From positions 31,827-95,826 of the forward strand of contig RXIG01000008.1 of the NCBI GenBank assembly GCA_004212155.1: a stretch of DNA of 64,000 bases. The letters run 5' to 3'. The number at the start of each line of letters is the position of its first letter. The stretch's first letter is position 1. The notes below the pieces were generated by a model that saw nothing but the letters and a program-made list of their open reading frames with translations, searched no databases and was not told where the DNA came from. This stretch comes from an archaeon (lineage in GTDB: Archaea > Methanobacteriota_B > Thermococci > Methanofastidiosales > NM3). Below are positions 28,656-38,073 of the stretch, piece by piece. Made by a program: the position numbers and the translations under genes.

Positions 28656-28978
28656 GGGAATTCCTCCTTGAGCTTGCTGCACTCGGCCCATGGGACGCCA
28701 TGCGGGCATACCTCCTGGTCCCGGTGCATGAGACAGTACATCACACAGATGATGGGCACCATCTTGAGTGAGTACAATCGTTGCTTGCCGCACTTCTTGC
28801 AGTCGACCACCTCGACCTGGCGCAGCTTGGCGAGCTGATGGGACGTCGCAGAAATCGACATGCCAAGCTCGTGCGACAGTTCGGTGACGGTACGCGGCTC
28901 CTTCCACAGCATGCGTATGATCCGTAACCTGTTTTCGTCCGAGAGTGAGGAGAAAAATGAACCAAGTTCCCGCTCCAT
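28652..28978 (-). CDS. ArsR/SmtB family regulator with Cys-rich C-terminus
   Basis: FSSLSDENRLRIIRML...VTELSHELGMSISATSHQLAKLR; DCKKCG and C..YC..H...CPH...C. Confidence 0.88.
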   Translation of the reverse strand: MERELGSFFSSLSDENRLRIIRMLWKEPRTVTELSHELGMSISATSHQLAKLRQVEVVDCKKCGKQRLYSLKMVPIICVMYCLMHRDQEVCPHGVPWAECSKLKEEFP

Positions 28979-28982
28979 ACAG

Positions 28983-28998
28983 TTGAATGAACTTTCAA
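28983..28998. promoter_or_regulatory. Inverted repeat TTGAA-N6-TTCAA between TATA-like element and ArsR start (candidate autoregulatory operator)
   Basis: ttgaa tgaact ttcaa; minus-strand TTTATAT immediately upstream. Confidence 0.5.
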
Positions 28999-29012
28999 AT
29001 ATAAATAAGTTT

Positions 29013-29156
29013 CTATTCAACGAACTTATTGGGATTTTTGTCGAATTCATCCTTGCACGCTCGACAACAAAAGTAGAAAACCGTGTCATTGAACGTGCTT
29101 TTGTGCTTGACGGTCTTCGGGTCCACATCCATCTTGCAAACAGGGTCTATCGCCAT
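29013..29156 (-). CDS. YHS/TRASH domain small metal-binding protein, 47 aa
   Basis: Hand translation MAIDPVCKMDVDPKTVKHKSTFNDTVFYFCCRACKDEFDKNPNKFVE. Confidence 0.9.
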   Translation of the reverse strand: MAIDPVCKMDVDPKTVKHKSTFNDTVFYFCCRACKDEFDKNPNKFVE

Positions 29157-29165
29157 GATACCGCC

Positions 29166-29660
29166 TCACCCCTGCGGGAAGCTGTACTCGTCCCACATGA
29201 ACCATCGGCCCGTGTCGTCGAGGTAGCTGCGCGTCTCATCGAGGATCTCGTAATGGCGCTCCTCCTCGTAGGCGAGCTGCTCGAAGATCCGCTTCATCTT
29301 GGAGTCGTCCTGGTCGGCGGCCATCTGCTTGTAATGCTTGTAGCCCTTGCGTTCCATATCGAGGGCCATCTCGAGCGCCTCGCGGTCGCTGGCCTTGTCT
29401 GAGACCGCATCAGAGGCGGCAGAGACCTCGCTGAATATCGTTGCCAGTTCCCGCTTGGGGTCGACGAACGCGAGGTCGTCCAAGCATACGTCCTCCTCGC
29501 ATGATAGCTTTTCAAGGAATGCAAGATGGCGTTTCTCATCCTCGACAAGCGAGAGGAACATCTTCTTCCCCAGCTCGTCCTTTGTCTTTTCGGCTGCCTT
29601 AGAATAGAATTCTATACCGTCCTTTTCGGTCTTTATGGCAATCTCAATAGCTTCGTTCAT
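29166..29660 (-). CDS. Ferritin-like / rubrerythrin diiron domain protein
   Basis: AIKTEKDG..FY, EDEKRH, MERKGY..Y, EEERH. Confidence 0.87.
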   Translation of the reverse strand: MNEAIEIAIKTEKDGIEFYSKAAEKTKDELGKKMFLSLVEDEKRHLAFLEKLSCEEDVCLDDLAFVDPKRELATIFSEVSAASDAVSDKASDREALEMALDMERKGYKHYKQMAADQDDSKMKRIFEQLAYEEERHYEILDETRSYLDDTGRWFMWDEYSFPQG

Positions 29661-29676
29661 CTAAATCCTCCCTAGA

Positions 29677-32022
29677 TTATGTATCCTTTCCACGTATTTT
29701 AACGTTTCGAAGCAGGAGCGAGTTGGTCACCACAGACACCGATGACAGCGACATGGCAAGCGCCGCGAACTCCGGGCGCATGGTGACGCCCACCGACGAG
29801 AACAGTCCCGCGGCGACCGGAATCATGACAACATTGTAGACGAGCGCCCAGAACATGTTCTGGCGGATCTTGCCATAGATCCTTTTGGAAAGCGAAAACG
29901 CGCCCACGACGTCCCGGAGGTCGTTTCGTACGAGCACGATGTCGCCTGACTCGATGGCGATGTCGGACCCCGAGCCGATGGCGATGCCCGCGTCGGCCTG
30001 TATGAGCGCCGGCGCATCGTTGATGCCGTCGCCCACCATGGCCACGCGCTCGCCGCGCTTTTGTAGCGCCTCGATCTCGTGCGCCTTGTCCTCCGGGAGT
30101 ACGTTTGATATCACGTCGCCAATGCCGATCGAGCCTGCGATCGAGCGCGCCGTGGTCTCGTTGTCCCCGGTAAGCATGATTACCGTGATGCCCATGCCCT
30201 TGAGCTCATCGACGACCGCGCGCGCCTCGGGCTTGACCGTGTCGGCGACAACGACCCATCCGAGGAACGCATCACCGCGTGCCAGATAGATGACGCTTTT
30301 GCCCTCGCGCTCATGCGACGAGGCCTCATCGGTGACGGAGACATCATGCTCCTCGAGGAATCGCCTGTTGCCCAGGTAGTGCACGGCGCCGTCGATGGTG
30401 GCGACCACGCCCTTGCCGGGTACGGTGTCAAAGTCGGTGACCTCGCGTCCGTCCAGCCCCAGCTCGTCTGCCTTGGCGACGATCGCGTCGGCCAGGGGGT
30501 GTGACGCCTTGCGCTCGATGGAGGCCGCCGTCCCGAGCGCCTCGTCGGATGAATGCGATGTGACGCGCGGCGTGCCGAGTGTCAGCGTTCCCGTCTTGTC
30601 AAAGACCACGGTGGTCGCCGCATGGACCGTCTCGAGCGCCTCGCCGCTCTTGATCAGGATGCCGTTTGTCGCGCCGACGCCCGTTCCCACGGTAATGGCG
30701 GTGGGCGTGGCAAGCCCCAGCGCGCAGGGGCACGCCACGACGAGCACGGCGATCATCGTGGTAAGCGAGAAGAAAAACGTCGCATCGAAGGCGAGGTACC
30801 AGAGCGCAAGCGAGAGCACCGCTATCGATGCGACAACGGGGACGAAGTAGGCGGCGACCCGGTCGGCGAACCGCTGTATGGGGGGCTTTGACGCCTGCGC
30901 CCTCTCCACGAACGCCACGATCTGCGAGAGCAGCGCGTCGGCGCCCACCTTCGTTGCCCTCACGCGTATGAATCCGTTCTTGTTGATGGTGGCGCCATAG
31001 ACCTCGCTTCCCTCCGACTTCTCCTGGGGGATCGGCTCGCCGGTGAGCATCGACTCGTCGATGGTGGAGTAGCCCTCGGCGACCACGCCGTCGACAGGCA
31101 CCTTCTCCCCGGGACGAACGATGACGATGTCGCCCTCGCGGATGAACTCAACGGGCATCTCCACCTCGGTGCCGTCGCGCTCGACGACCGCATACTTGGC
31201 CTGGAGCGCAACGAGCTTTTGCAGCGCCTGGGACGTCTTGCCCTTGGCAATCGACTCCATCATCTTGCCGAAGATGACAAAGGTGAATATCATCGCCGTC
31301 GTCTCGTAGAAGAGTGGGCCGTCGTAGAAGAACGTCGAACCCACCGAGTAGAGGTATGCTGCCGACGTGCCCATGATCACGAGCACGTCCATGTTGGCCG
31401 ATGCGTTGCGAAGCGAGTAATAGGCGCCACGGTAGAACGAGCTGCCGGAGATGAACTGCACCGGCGTCGTCATGAGGAAGAGCACGAGCGCCTTTGACGG
31501 CACGTCGAAGAAATGTGTGATGAGTATGATGGGGATCGAGAGCGCCAGGGTGAAGGCAAAGAGATTGCGAAACGGCGCATGCTCTGCGGCGCGTTCGCTT
31601 TGCCTTTTCGTGACAACAGAGTATCCGAGATCCTCGATGGTGGCGGCGATCGCATCCATCGACGTGACGAGCGGGTCATAGGACACGAACGCCTTTCCCG
31701 TCGAGACGTTGACGGTCGCCGTACCGACGCCGTCAAGCTTTGCGAGTCCCTCCTCGATGGAGCGGGCGCAGTTGGCGCAGTGCATGCCCTCGACTGCGAG
31801 GACCGCCTGGTCCTTGCCGACACCGTAGCCCTGCTGGCGTATCACCTCGGCGAGCTCTGCGCCGCTGACACGCTCGTCGTCATAGGTCACGGTCGCCGTG
31901 TTGAGCGAGAGATTGAGCGTCGCCTCGAGGACGCCCTCTGTATCATTGAGGCGTGCCTCGATGGAGCGGGCGCAGTTGGCGCAGTGCATGCCTGTTATCG
32001 GAACGGTCACGGTACGATTCAT
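29677..32022 (-). CDS. copA: Copper-translocating P1B-type ATPase
   Basis: Two GMHCANC HMA domains, [30 protein letters not shown]. Confidence 0.93.
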   Translation of the reverse strand: MNRTVTVPITGMHCANCARSIEARLNDTEGVLEATLNLSLNTATVTYDDERVSGAELAEVIRQQGYGVGKDQAVLAVEGMHCANCARSIEEGLAKLDGVGTATVNVSTGKAFVSYDPLVTSMDAIAATIEDLGYSVVTKRQSERAAEHAPFRNLFAFTLALSIPIILITHFFDVPSKALVLFLMTTPVQFISGSSFYRGAYYSLRNASANMDVLVIMGTSAAYLYSVGSTFFYDGPLFYETTAMIFTFVIFGKMMESIAKGKTSQALQKLVALQAKYAVVERDGTEVEMPVEFIREGDIVIVRPGEKVPVDGVVAEGYSTIDESMLTGEPIPQEKSEGSEVYGATINKNGFIRVRATKVGADALLSQIVAFVERAQASKPPIQRFADRVAAYFVPVVASIAVLSLALWYLAFDATFFFSLTTMIAVLVVACPCALGLATPTAITVGTGVGATNGILIKSGEALETVHAATTVVFDKTGTLTLGTPRVTSHSSDEALGTAASIERKASHPLADAIVAKADELGLDGREVTDFDTVPGKGVVATIDGAVHYLGNRRFLEEHDVSVTDEASSHEREGKSVIYLARGDAFLGWVVVADTVKPEARAVVDELKGMGITVIMLTGDNETTARSIAGSIGIGDVISNVLPEDKAHEIEALQKRGERVAMVGDGINDAPALIQADAGIAIGSGSDIAIESGDIVLVRNDLRDVVGAFSLSKRIYGKIRQNMFWALVYNVVMIPVAAGLFSSVGVTMRPEFAALAMSLSSVSVVTNSLLLRNVKIRGKDT

Positions 32023-32046
32023 CAGACAACACCTGTTGCGTTGACG

Positions 32047-32925
32047 TTAACCATGGAAGTACTCCGTGCCGGTATGGGGCTCGTGGTACTCCTTTCCGGG
32101 TATGCCCACCGCATCGGCCCTGCACTGTCTGCAGAGGCGAAACTGCGGAAGGTATCGTTCGGCCTCCTCGCGTGCCGACTTGAGCTCATCGCACGTGGGC
32201 GGCGGAAGATCGCGGAACTGGTAGAGCGGGATGAGCGGGATGATGTTCATGATCCAAGCGCCGCGTGCAGAAGCCTCCCTCGCTACATGTGCGATCTCGT
32301 CACGGTTGATCGTGGGGATGAGCACGGTGTTGATCTTCACGGGGATCTCGAGGTCGCGCGCCATCTCAAGGCCCCTTAGCTGGTGGGATATGAGTGTCCG
32401 GGCCCCCTCCGTCCCTCGCAGGAGCTTCCCGTCGTAGTAGACGTGTCCGACGACCTGCGCGACGATCTCGGGATGGATGCCGTTGATCGTGACGGTGATG
32501 CTTCCCACACCGACGTCGTGGAGCTGCTCGATCTTGTCGGGCAGGAGGAGTCCGTTTGTCGCGACGCAAAGGTGCATGTCGGGAAACGCTTCCTTGACGC
32601 GCGCGAACGTCTCGAACGTCTCCTCGTTGAAGAGGGGCTCGCCAGGACCGGCGATGCCGACGACCTTGAGCTCGGGCATCGTCTCGCGCGTTTCGCGCAC
32701 CTTCTCAACAGCGTCCTCGGGACGCATGAGATGGCTGTAGGCGCCCGGCCGCTGCTCGCACTTGTTCTTCGTCCTGCTGCAAAACATGCACTGTATGTTG
32801 CACTTGGGGGCGACGGGCAGGTGGATGCGGGCCGTCGTGAAGTGGGCCTTCTCATTGAAACATGGGTGAGCGCTCGTCAGGTGAGCGAACTTCGACCCCA
32901 CCTTGTTCCACGCGGGATTTTTCAT
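32047..32925 (-). CDS. nifB: NifB radical SAM protein (stand-alone, methanogen-type, no NifX domain)
   Basis: HPC, RIHLPVAPKCNIQCMFC, EQRPG, AGPG, TVTIN, CRQCRADAVG. Confidence 0.88.
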   Translation of the reverse strand: MKNPAWNKVGSKFAHLTSAHPCFNEKAHFTTARIHLPVAPKCNIQCMFCSRTKNKCEQRPGAYSHLMRPEDAVEKVRETRETMPELKVVGIAGPGEPLFNEETFETFARVKEAFPDMHLCVATNGLLLPDKIEQLHDVGVGSITVTINGIHPEIVAQVVGHVYYDGKLLRGTEGARTLISHQLRGLEMARDLEIPVKINTVLIPTINRDEIAHVAREASARGAWIMNIIPLIPLYQFRDLPPPTCDELKSAREEAERYLPQFRLCRQCRADAVGIPGKEYHEPHTGTEYFHG

Positions 32926-32931
32926 GTTGTG

Positions 32932-34119
32932 CTACTCCTTGAGCAAGCGGGCGAACTCGCGGCCGAACTCCTCGCACGATGCGAGCTCCTCGCTTGTCGG
33001 CACCCATTTGAGCTCGAGGGGTTCGCGAACGACGTCGATGCCGCTGTCCTGGAGCATCTCCTCGATGGCGGCGCACGCGCCGCCGCCCCAGCCGTAGGAG
33101 CCGAATGCGGCACCTTTCTTCTTCTTGGGACGGAGTCCCTTCATGTAGGTAAGGAACCCTCCAACGAGCGGGTACATGCCGTTGTTGAGCGTTGGCGACC
33201 CGACAAGCACGCCCTTGCTCTCGAGCATCTCGGTGATGACATAGCTCTTTTCCGTGTCGCGCAGGCGCATCAGCCTGACCGCCACGCCCTCGGACTGTAT
33301 GCCCTCGGCAATCGCTTTGGCCATCTTCTCGGTCGAATTCCACATCGTGTCGTATGCGATGACGACGCGGTCGGTGGCGGCGCCGGATGCCCATTTGGCA
33401 TACCATGTAACGATCTGTGTCGGGTCGTCGCGCCATATGACGCCGTGGTCGGGCGCGATGACGTCGATCTCGATGCCCATCGACTGCACGCGCTCGATAA
33501 GGCGCGATATGAGCGGGCTGTAGAGCCAGAGGATGTTTGCGTAATAATCCCCTGCGACGTGATAGAGGGTCGAGGGATCGACCTCGTCGTTGAATCGCTC
33601 GGACGACGCAATGTGCTGGCCGAACGCATCAGAGGAGAACACCACGTGGTCCTCAACAAGATACGACATCATCGAGTCGGGCCAGTGGAGCATCGGCGTC
33701 TTGATGAACTGCAGCGTCTTTGATCCGAGCGAGATCGAATCGCCGTCATCGACCACCGTGATGTCGTTGGTGGTGCCAAAGTGCTTCTGCAGTTCCTCGC
33801 GGCCCTCCTCGGTCGCGAGTATCGTTGCGTTTGGAAGCATGCCGGCAACGACGGGAAACGACCCTGAATGGTCCATCTCCACATGATTGACCACGAGGTA
33901 ATCGATCTTGTCCAGGTCGACGATCTCCTTCACGCGAGCAAGGAACTCGTCCTTGAACGGGCGCTTGACCGTGTCGATGAGGGCGATCTTCTCGTCGATG
34001 ACGAGATATGCATTGTACGTCGTCCCATAGGGCGTCTTATACCCATGGAAGTCGCGGATGTTCCAGTCGATGGCGCCGACCCAGTATATACCTTTCTTGA
34101 TCTCGACAGTGTTCATCAT
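32932..34119 (-). CDS. fprA: Flavodiiron protein FprA (O2/NO reductase)
   Basis: GTTYNAYL, NHVEMDHSG, HWPDSM, SDAFGQH, flavodoxin domain FGSYGWGG. Confidence 0.95.
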   Translation of the reverse strand: MMNTVEIKKGIYWVGAIDWNIRDFHGYKTPYGTTYNAYLVIDEKIALIDTVKRPFKDEFLARVKEIVDLDKIDYLVVNHVEMDHSGSFPVVAGMLPNATILATEEGREELQKHFGTTNDITVVDDGDSISLGSKTLQFIKTPMLHWPDSMMSYLVEDHVVFSSDAFGQHIASSERFNDEVDPSTLYHVAGDYYANILWLYSPLISRLIERVQSMGIEIDVIAPDHGVIWRDDPTQIVTWYAKWASGAATDRVVIAYDTMWNSTEKMAKAIAEGIQSEGVAVRLMRLRDTEKSYVITEMLESKGVLVGSPTLNNGMYPLVGGFLTYMKGLRPKKKKGAAFGSYGWGGGACAAIEEMLQDSGIDVVREPLELKWVPTSEELASCEEFGREFARLLKE

Positions 34120-34185
34120 ATATCACCACAAATCTATGTAGATTATGAAAATGAATAAGAAAATGGATAATAAAAAATAGTCGTC

Positions 34186-34302
34186 TTACTCCCTGAGGCG
34201 CATCTTGACGCCGCAGCATACGAGCGTGCCGCCGCCGGATTCCATGACCTGAACGACATTGCCGCAAATATCACAAACGTATATTTCTCCTTGCTTAGTC
34301 AT
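34186..34302 (-). CDS. Desulforedoxin (38 aa, FeCys4)
   Basis: Hand translation [38 protein letters not shown]; RBS GGAGGTG. Confidence 0.92.
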   Translation of the reverse strand: MTKQGEIYVCDICGNVVQVMESGGGTLVCCGVKMRLRE

Positions 34303-34567
34303 ACTTCTACACCTCCATGCACCCTTGCCCGTTCGGCGTCGAACGCAGGGCGCGTAATATCTCACTTATCGCGCACGTTTATTAATATATCTAAAAAGAG
34401 TGAATGCATAATCAACACTTTATAGAAACCATGGTCGCCTGCTTGTATGTTCTTTCATCCCCCGAAAAATGTATAATACAAGAAGACGGGGAGAGAAAAC
34501 GAATCTCGATCCCCCGTCAAGTGTGTGAAAGAGCCATAGAAGCGTGATGGCGCGTCTTGATAGACCT

Positions 34568-34759
34568 TTATGAATCCTTATTTCTTGTACGCGGTTCTTC
34601 ACGCGACATGCCATCCTCGGGTGGATCACCCGGGCCGGGGCTTATCTCGTTGCTATGATTATTGTATTCCTCGTCGCACTGGACATCGGAGATGACCGCA
34701 CCCTTACAGAGCGTGAGGGCCATCATTGTGATAATGGCTATAGCTAGCGTTTTTTTCAT
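34568..34759 (-). CDS. Putative small secreted protein (63 aa)
   Basis: MKK plus hydrophobic signal peptide; acidic/Pro tail; GGGG upstream. Confidence 0.45.
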   Translation of the reverse strand: MKKTLAIAIITMMALTLCKGAVISDVQCDEEYNNHSNEISPGPGDPPEDGMSREEPRTRNKDS

Positions 34760-35015
34760 AGAATGCCCCCACTATGTATGGCTCTTTGTATTTTATAAAC
34801 ATTTATTCATAAGTTCACTTTCTCTGCACTACTTTGATGATGAGGGAAGTTGCGAAAGGAAAATACGATATTTTCAATTTTTTGAAGATATATATATATA
34901 CTGTATTATTGAAATAAAGAAAAATATCACCATTTTAAAATAACGAAATGGATTGCAGTTAAAAAAAGTCATAACATATAAATAAATCATACGGCAAACA
35001 ATTCAACGGGATACC

Positions 35016-35690
35016 ATGACTGAAACATCAGGAAATGAGAATCCGGGCATGCCCCTCATAGGAGACAAGCTTCCCGAGATGACGGTGAACACCACCTTCG
35101 GAAAGATCGAGCTCCCCAAGGATTATGCCGGAAAATGGTTAGTGCTCTTTAGCCACCCGGGCGACTTCACGCCCGTATGCACCACAGAGTTCATCGGGTT
35201 CGCAAAAAGGCATGACGTGTTCAGGTCGATGAACTGCGAGCTCCTCGGCCTGTCTATCGACCAGGTCTTCTCCCACATCAAGTGGGTGAAGTGGATCGAG
35301 GAGAACATGGGCGTCAAGATAACGTTCCCTGTCATCGCCGACGACCGCGGCAAGGTCGCAGAGACGCTCGGCATGCTCCACCCCAACAAGGGCAACAACA
35401 CGGTACGCGCCGTCTTCGTCATAGACGCGGACGGAATCATACGACTCATACTGTACTATCCGCAGGAGATCGGCCGAAAGATCGATGAGGTCATACGCGT
35501 TGTCAAGGCGCTCCAACACGCCGACAAGAACAAGGTCGCCCTGCCCGCGGACTGGCCAGATAACGAGATCATCGGAGACAAGGAGATCGTGCCCCCGGCA
35601 AGCACCGTCAAGGCCGCTGACAAGCGCATGCTCGACAAGGACCTCGAGTGCAAGGACTGGTGGTTCTGCTACCGAAAGCCAAAGAAGTAG
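35016..35690 (+). CDS. Peroxiredoxin (archaeal Prx6-type)
   Basis: [28 protein letters not shown]. Confidence 0.95.
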   Translation: MTETSGNENPGMPLIGDKLPEMTVNTTFGKIELPKDYAGKWLVLFSHPGDFTPVCTTEFIGFAKRHDVFRSMNCELLGLSIDQVFSHIKWVKWIEENMGVKITFPVIADDRGKVAETLGMLHPNKGNNTVRAVFVIDADGIIRLILYYPQEIGRKIDEVIRVVKALQHADKNKVALPADWPDNEIIGDKEIVPPASTVKAADKRMLDKDLECKDWWFCYRKPKK

Positions 35691-35728
35691 ACCATATCTT
35701 TTTTTATCTATTTTACATAGTAGGGTGC

Positions 35729-36031
35729 ATGAAGGCGCAGAGAAGCTACGGATGGTACAAACACCATGCCTGGGCGGCGCTTGCCATGCTCTCCCTTTTC
35801 TTTGCGGCGCGCCAGCTCATCTCGGTGCCAGACATGGTCACGGCCGTCGTCATCGCCGTGTTGAGCATCTATGCGATAGGTGCCCTCGTCTTCACCTATC
35901 TGGCAAACAAGGAACCAACGCAGCAGCAGCGTGGGGAAGACCTCGAGGCCAAGGCTGCAAAGGAGCAGGAAAAACTTGAAAAAAAGCGAATCAAAGCTGA
36001 GCTGAAGGCGAAAAAGAAAGAAAGGGGCTAG
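35729..36031 (+). CDS. Small two-TM membrane protein with Lys/Glu tail
   Basis: Two hydrophobic helices; C-terminal KLEKKRIKAELKAKKK. Confidence 0.65.
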   Translation: MKAQRSYGWYKHHAWAALAMLSLFFAARQLISVPDMVTAVVIAVLSIYAIGALVFTYLANKEPTQQQRGEDLEAKAAKEQEKLEKKRIKAELKAKKKERG

Positions 36032-36048
36032 GAAGGACGATGTCCTTC
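36032..36048. terminator. Hairpin between convergent genes
   Basis: GAAGGAC-GAT-GTCCTTC. Confidence 0.45.
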
Positions 36049-36057
36049 ACAGCATCA

Positions 36058-36294
36058 TCAAACGCTGACGACTTCCTTTACTTCCGGTATCTCTTTCTTG
36101 AGTTCCGACTCGATCCCCATCTTGAGGGTGAGTTGTGACATGGGGCAGCCGCCGCATGCTCCGGTGAGGCGTACCTTGACCTGGCCGGTCTCCTCGTCCA
36201 CATCGACGAGCTCAACATCGCCGCCGTCAGCCTGAAGCATGGGTCGTACCCTGTCTAAAACCTTTTGTACTTCTTGTTTGTTCATCATTTGCAC
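36058..36294 (-). CDS. NifU/Nfu-type Fe-S carrier
   Basis: [30 protein letters not shown]. Confidence 0.93.
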   Translation of the reverse strand: MQMMNKQEVQKVLDRVRPMLQADGGDVELVDVDEETGQVKVRLTGACGGCPMSQLTLKMGIESELKKEIPEVKEVVSV

Positions 36295-36619
36295 CGTATC
36301 TTATAAAGGAAACGAAGCTATTAAAAAGGTTTCTGTAAAGCAGGCCTCCTGCTATCGGCATTCGTGCCTATGATGAAAAACGGTAAGTAATCCACGGTGT
36401 ATCGATTCTCACCATGGGTCGACCGATACCCACAAAGGGCGAAAAGGGACTTTGCATCTCACTTCTTGATACTTACTCCCCCGGATATGGATTATATAAT
36501 GGAGGGAATAAAGGCACGTGAAGACACGGATAACGATGCACAAATACGCACAAACCTTTTTGTGCATTGTATGTACAGGAAATGTACCAACATGCACCCG
36601 CTGAAAGGATGATGACCAC

Positions 36620-38050
36620 ATGGATCATAAAAAGGATGATTTCAAATTACGGAGGGAGTCTTTGTGGAACTCGCTCTCCGATACGGACAAGAAGGAAATG
36701 GAAACGCTCGTGACCCACTACAAGCGTTACCTGGACGAAGCAAAGACCGAACGCGAGGCGGTACGGACCACGGAAGCGATGGCACGCGAACGCGGATTCA
36801 TCCCGCTCGATGAGCTCGAGAAGAAATATCAGGGTTCTGACACCTCGCCCGCAGGAGAGCGATTCTACGTAAAGAACAAGGAAAAAAACATCCTCCTCGG
36901 CATCATGGGGACGACGCCCCTGTCGCAGGGATTCTCGCTCATCGCATCGCACGTCGACTCGCCCAGGCTCGACCTCAAGCCCAATCCCCTCATCGAGAAG
37001 GAGAAGTTCACGCTTCTCAAGACTCACTACTATGGCGGCATGAAGAAGTACCAGTTCGCATCGATACCCCTCGCGCTGCACGGCGTGGTCTACATGCAGG
37101 ACGGAAAGCGCCTTCGGTTCACTATCGGCGAGGACGAGGACGACCCGGTCTTTACCGTCAACGACATCCTGATCCATCTCGCCAAGCAGGTGCAGTACGA
37201 GCGCAAGACCCCCGACGTCATCAAGGGCGAGGAGCTAAACATCCTCTTCTCGAGCATTCCCTACCCTGGTGACGACACGAAGGAGGCGGTCAAACGCTAC
37301 GCCCTCGCGCTGCTCAACGAGCGCTACGGGCTCGCCGAGGAGGATTTCGTCTCGGCGGAGATCGAGGCAGTGCCGGCCGGAAGGGCACGCGACGTTGGCA
37401 TCGACCGCAGCATGATAGGGGCCTATGGCCAGGACGACCGCATCTGCGCGTTCACCTCGGTCCAGGCGCTCTTCGAGCTCGAACACGCGCCCGCACAGAC
37501 GGCCCTCGTGCTCCTGGCCGACAAGGAGGAGATAGGCAGCGAGGGAAGCACGTCGATGCAAAGCTCGTTCTTCTCGTGGATCGTTGCGCGCCTGCTTGCA
37601 CTCTCTGGCGAGTACCGCGACCTTTCGATGCTCAACGCGTTCATGAACGCGCGAGCCCTCTCGGCCGACGTGGCCGGAGGAATCAACCCGAACTTCCCTG
37701 ACGTCCATGAGCACAACAACGCCCCGCGCCTCGGATACGGCATCGCGCTCACGAAGTACACGGGTAAGAGCGGCAAGTACAACGCCAACGACGCCAACGC
37801 CGAATACGTGTCCCACATCCGCTCGATCTTCAACGCCGCCGGCGTCCGCTGGCAGGCTGCCGAGCTTGGCAAGGTCGATGAGGGGGGCGGCGGAACGGTG
37901 GCCAAGTTCCTCTCGAAGCTTGGCATCGAGACGATCGACTCGGGACCGCCCGTGCTCTCGATGCACTCGTCGTTTGAGGTCTCATCAAAGGTTGACCTGC
38001 TGACGGCAAAGCGGGCATACAGGGCCTTCCTCGATTGGAAAAAAACGTAA
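36620..38050 (+). CDS. M18 family aminopeptidase
   Basis: SHVDSPRLDLKP, YYGG.KKY, GQDDR, DKEEIGS, GGGGT, SMHS. Confidence 0.92.
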   Translation: MDHKKDDFKLRRESLWNSLSDTDKKEMETLVTHYKRYLDEAKTEREAVRTTEAMARERGFIPLDELEKKYQGSDTSPAGERFYVKNKEKNILLGIMGTTPLSQGFSLIASHVDSPRLDLKPNPLIEKEKFTLLKTHYYGGMKKYQFASIPLALHGVVYMQDGKRLRFTIGEDEDDPVFTVNDILIHLAKQVQYERKTPDVIKGEELNILFSSIPYPGDDTKEAVKRYALALLNERYGLAEEDFVSAEIEAVPAGRARDVGIDRSMIGAYGQDDRICAFTSVQALFELEHAPAQTALVLLADKEEIGSEGSTSMQSSFFSWIVARLLALSGEYRDLSMLNAFMNARALSADVAGGINPNFPDVHEHNNAPRLGYGIALTKYTGKSGKYNANDANAEYVSHIRSIFNAAGVRWQAAELGKVDEGGGGTVAKFLSKLGIETIDSGPPVLSMHSSFEVSSKVDLLTAKRAYRAFLDWKKT

Positions 38051-38073
38051 AAGAAAAGAAAAAAATGGCGGGG

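Noticed and set aside
32047-32925. Nitrogen fixation capacity
   Set aside because: No nifH/D/K/E/N in the window; NifB alone is not evidence.
32383-33723. 446-aa plus-strand ORF and similar long antisense ORFs (12422-13345, 13719-14666, 14795-15718)
   Set aside because: Antisense to well-supported genes; expected with GC-rich codon bias; no motifs.
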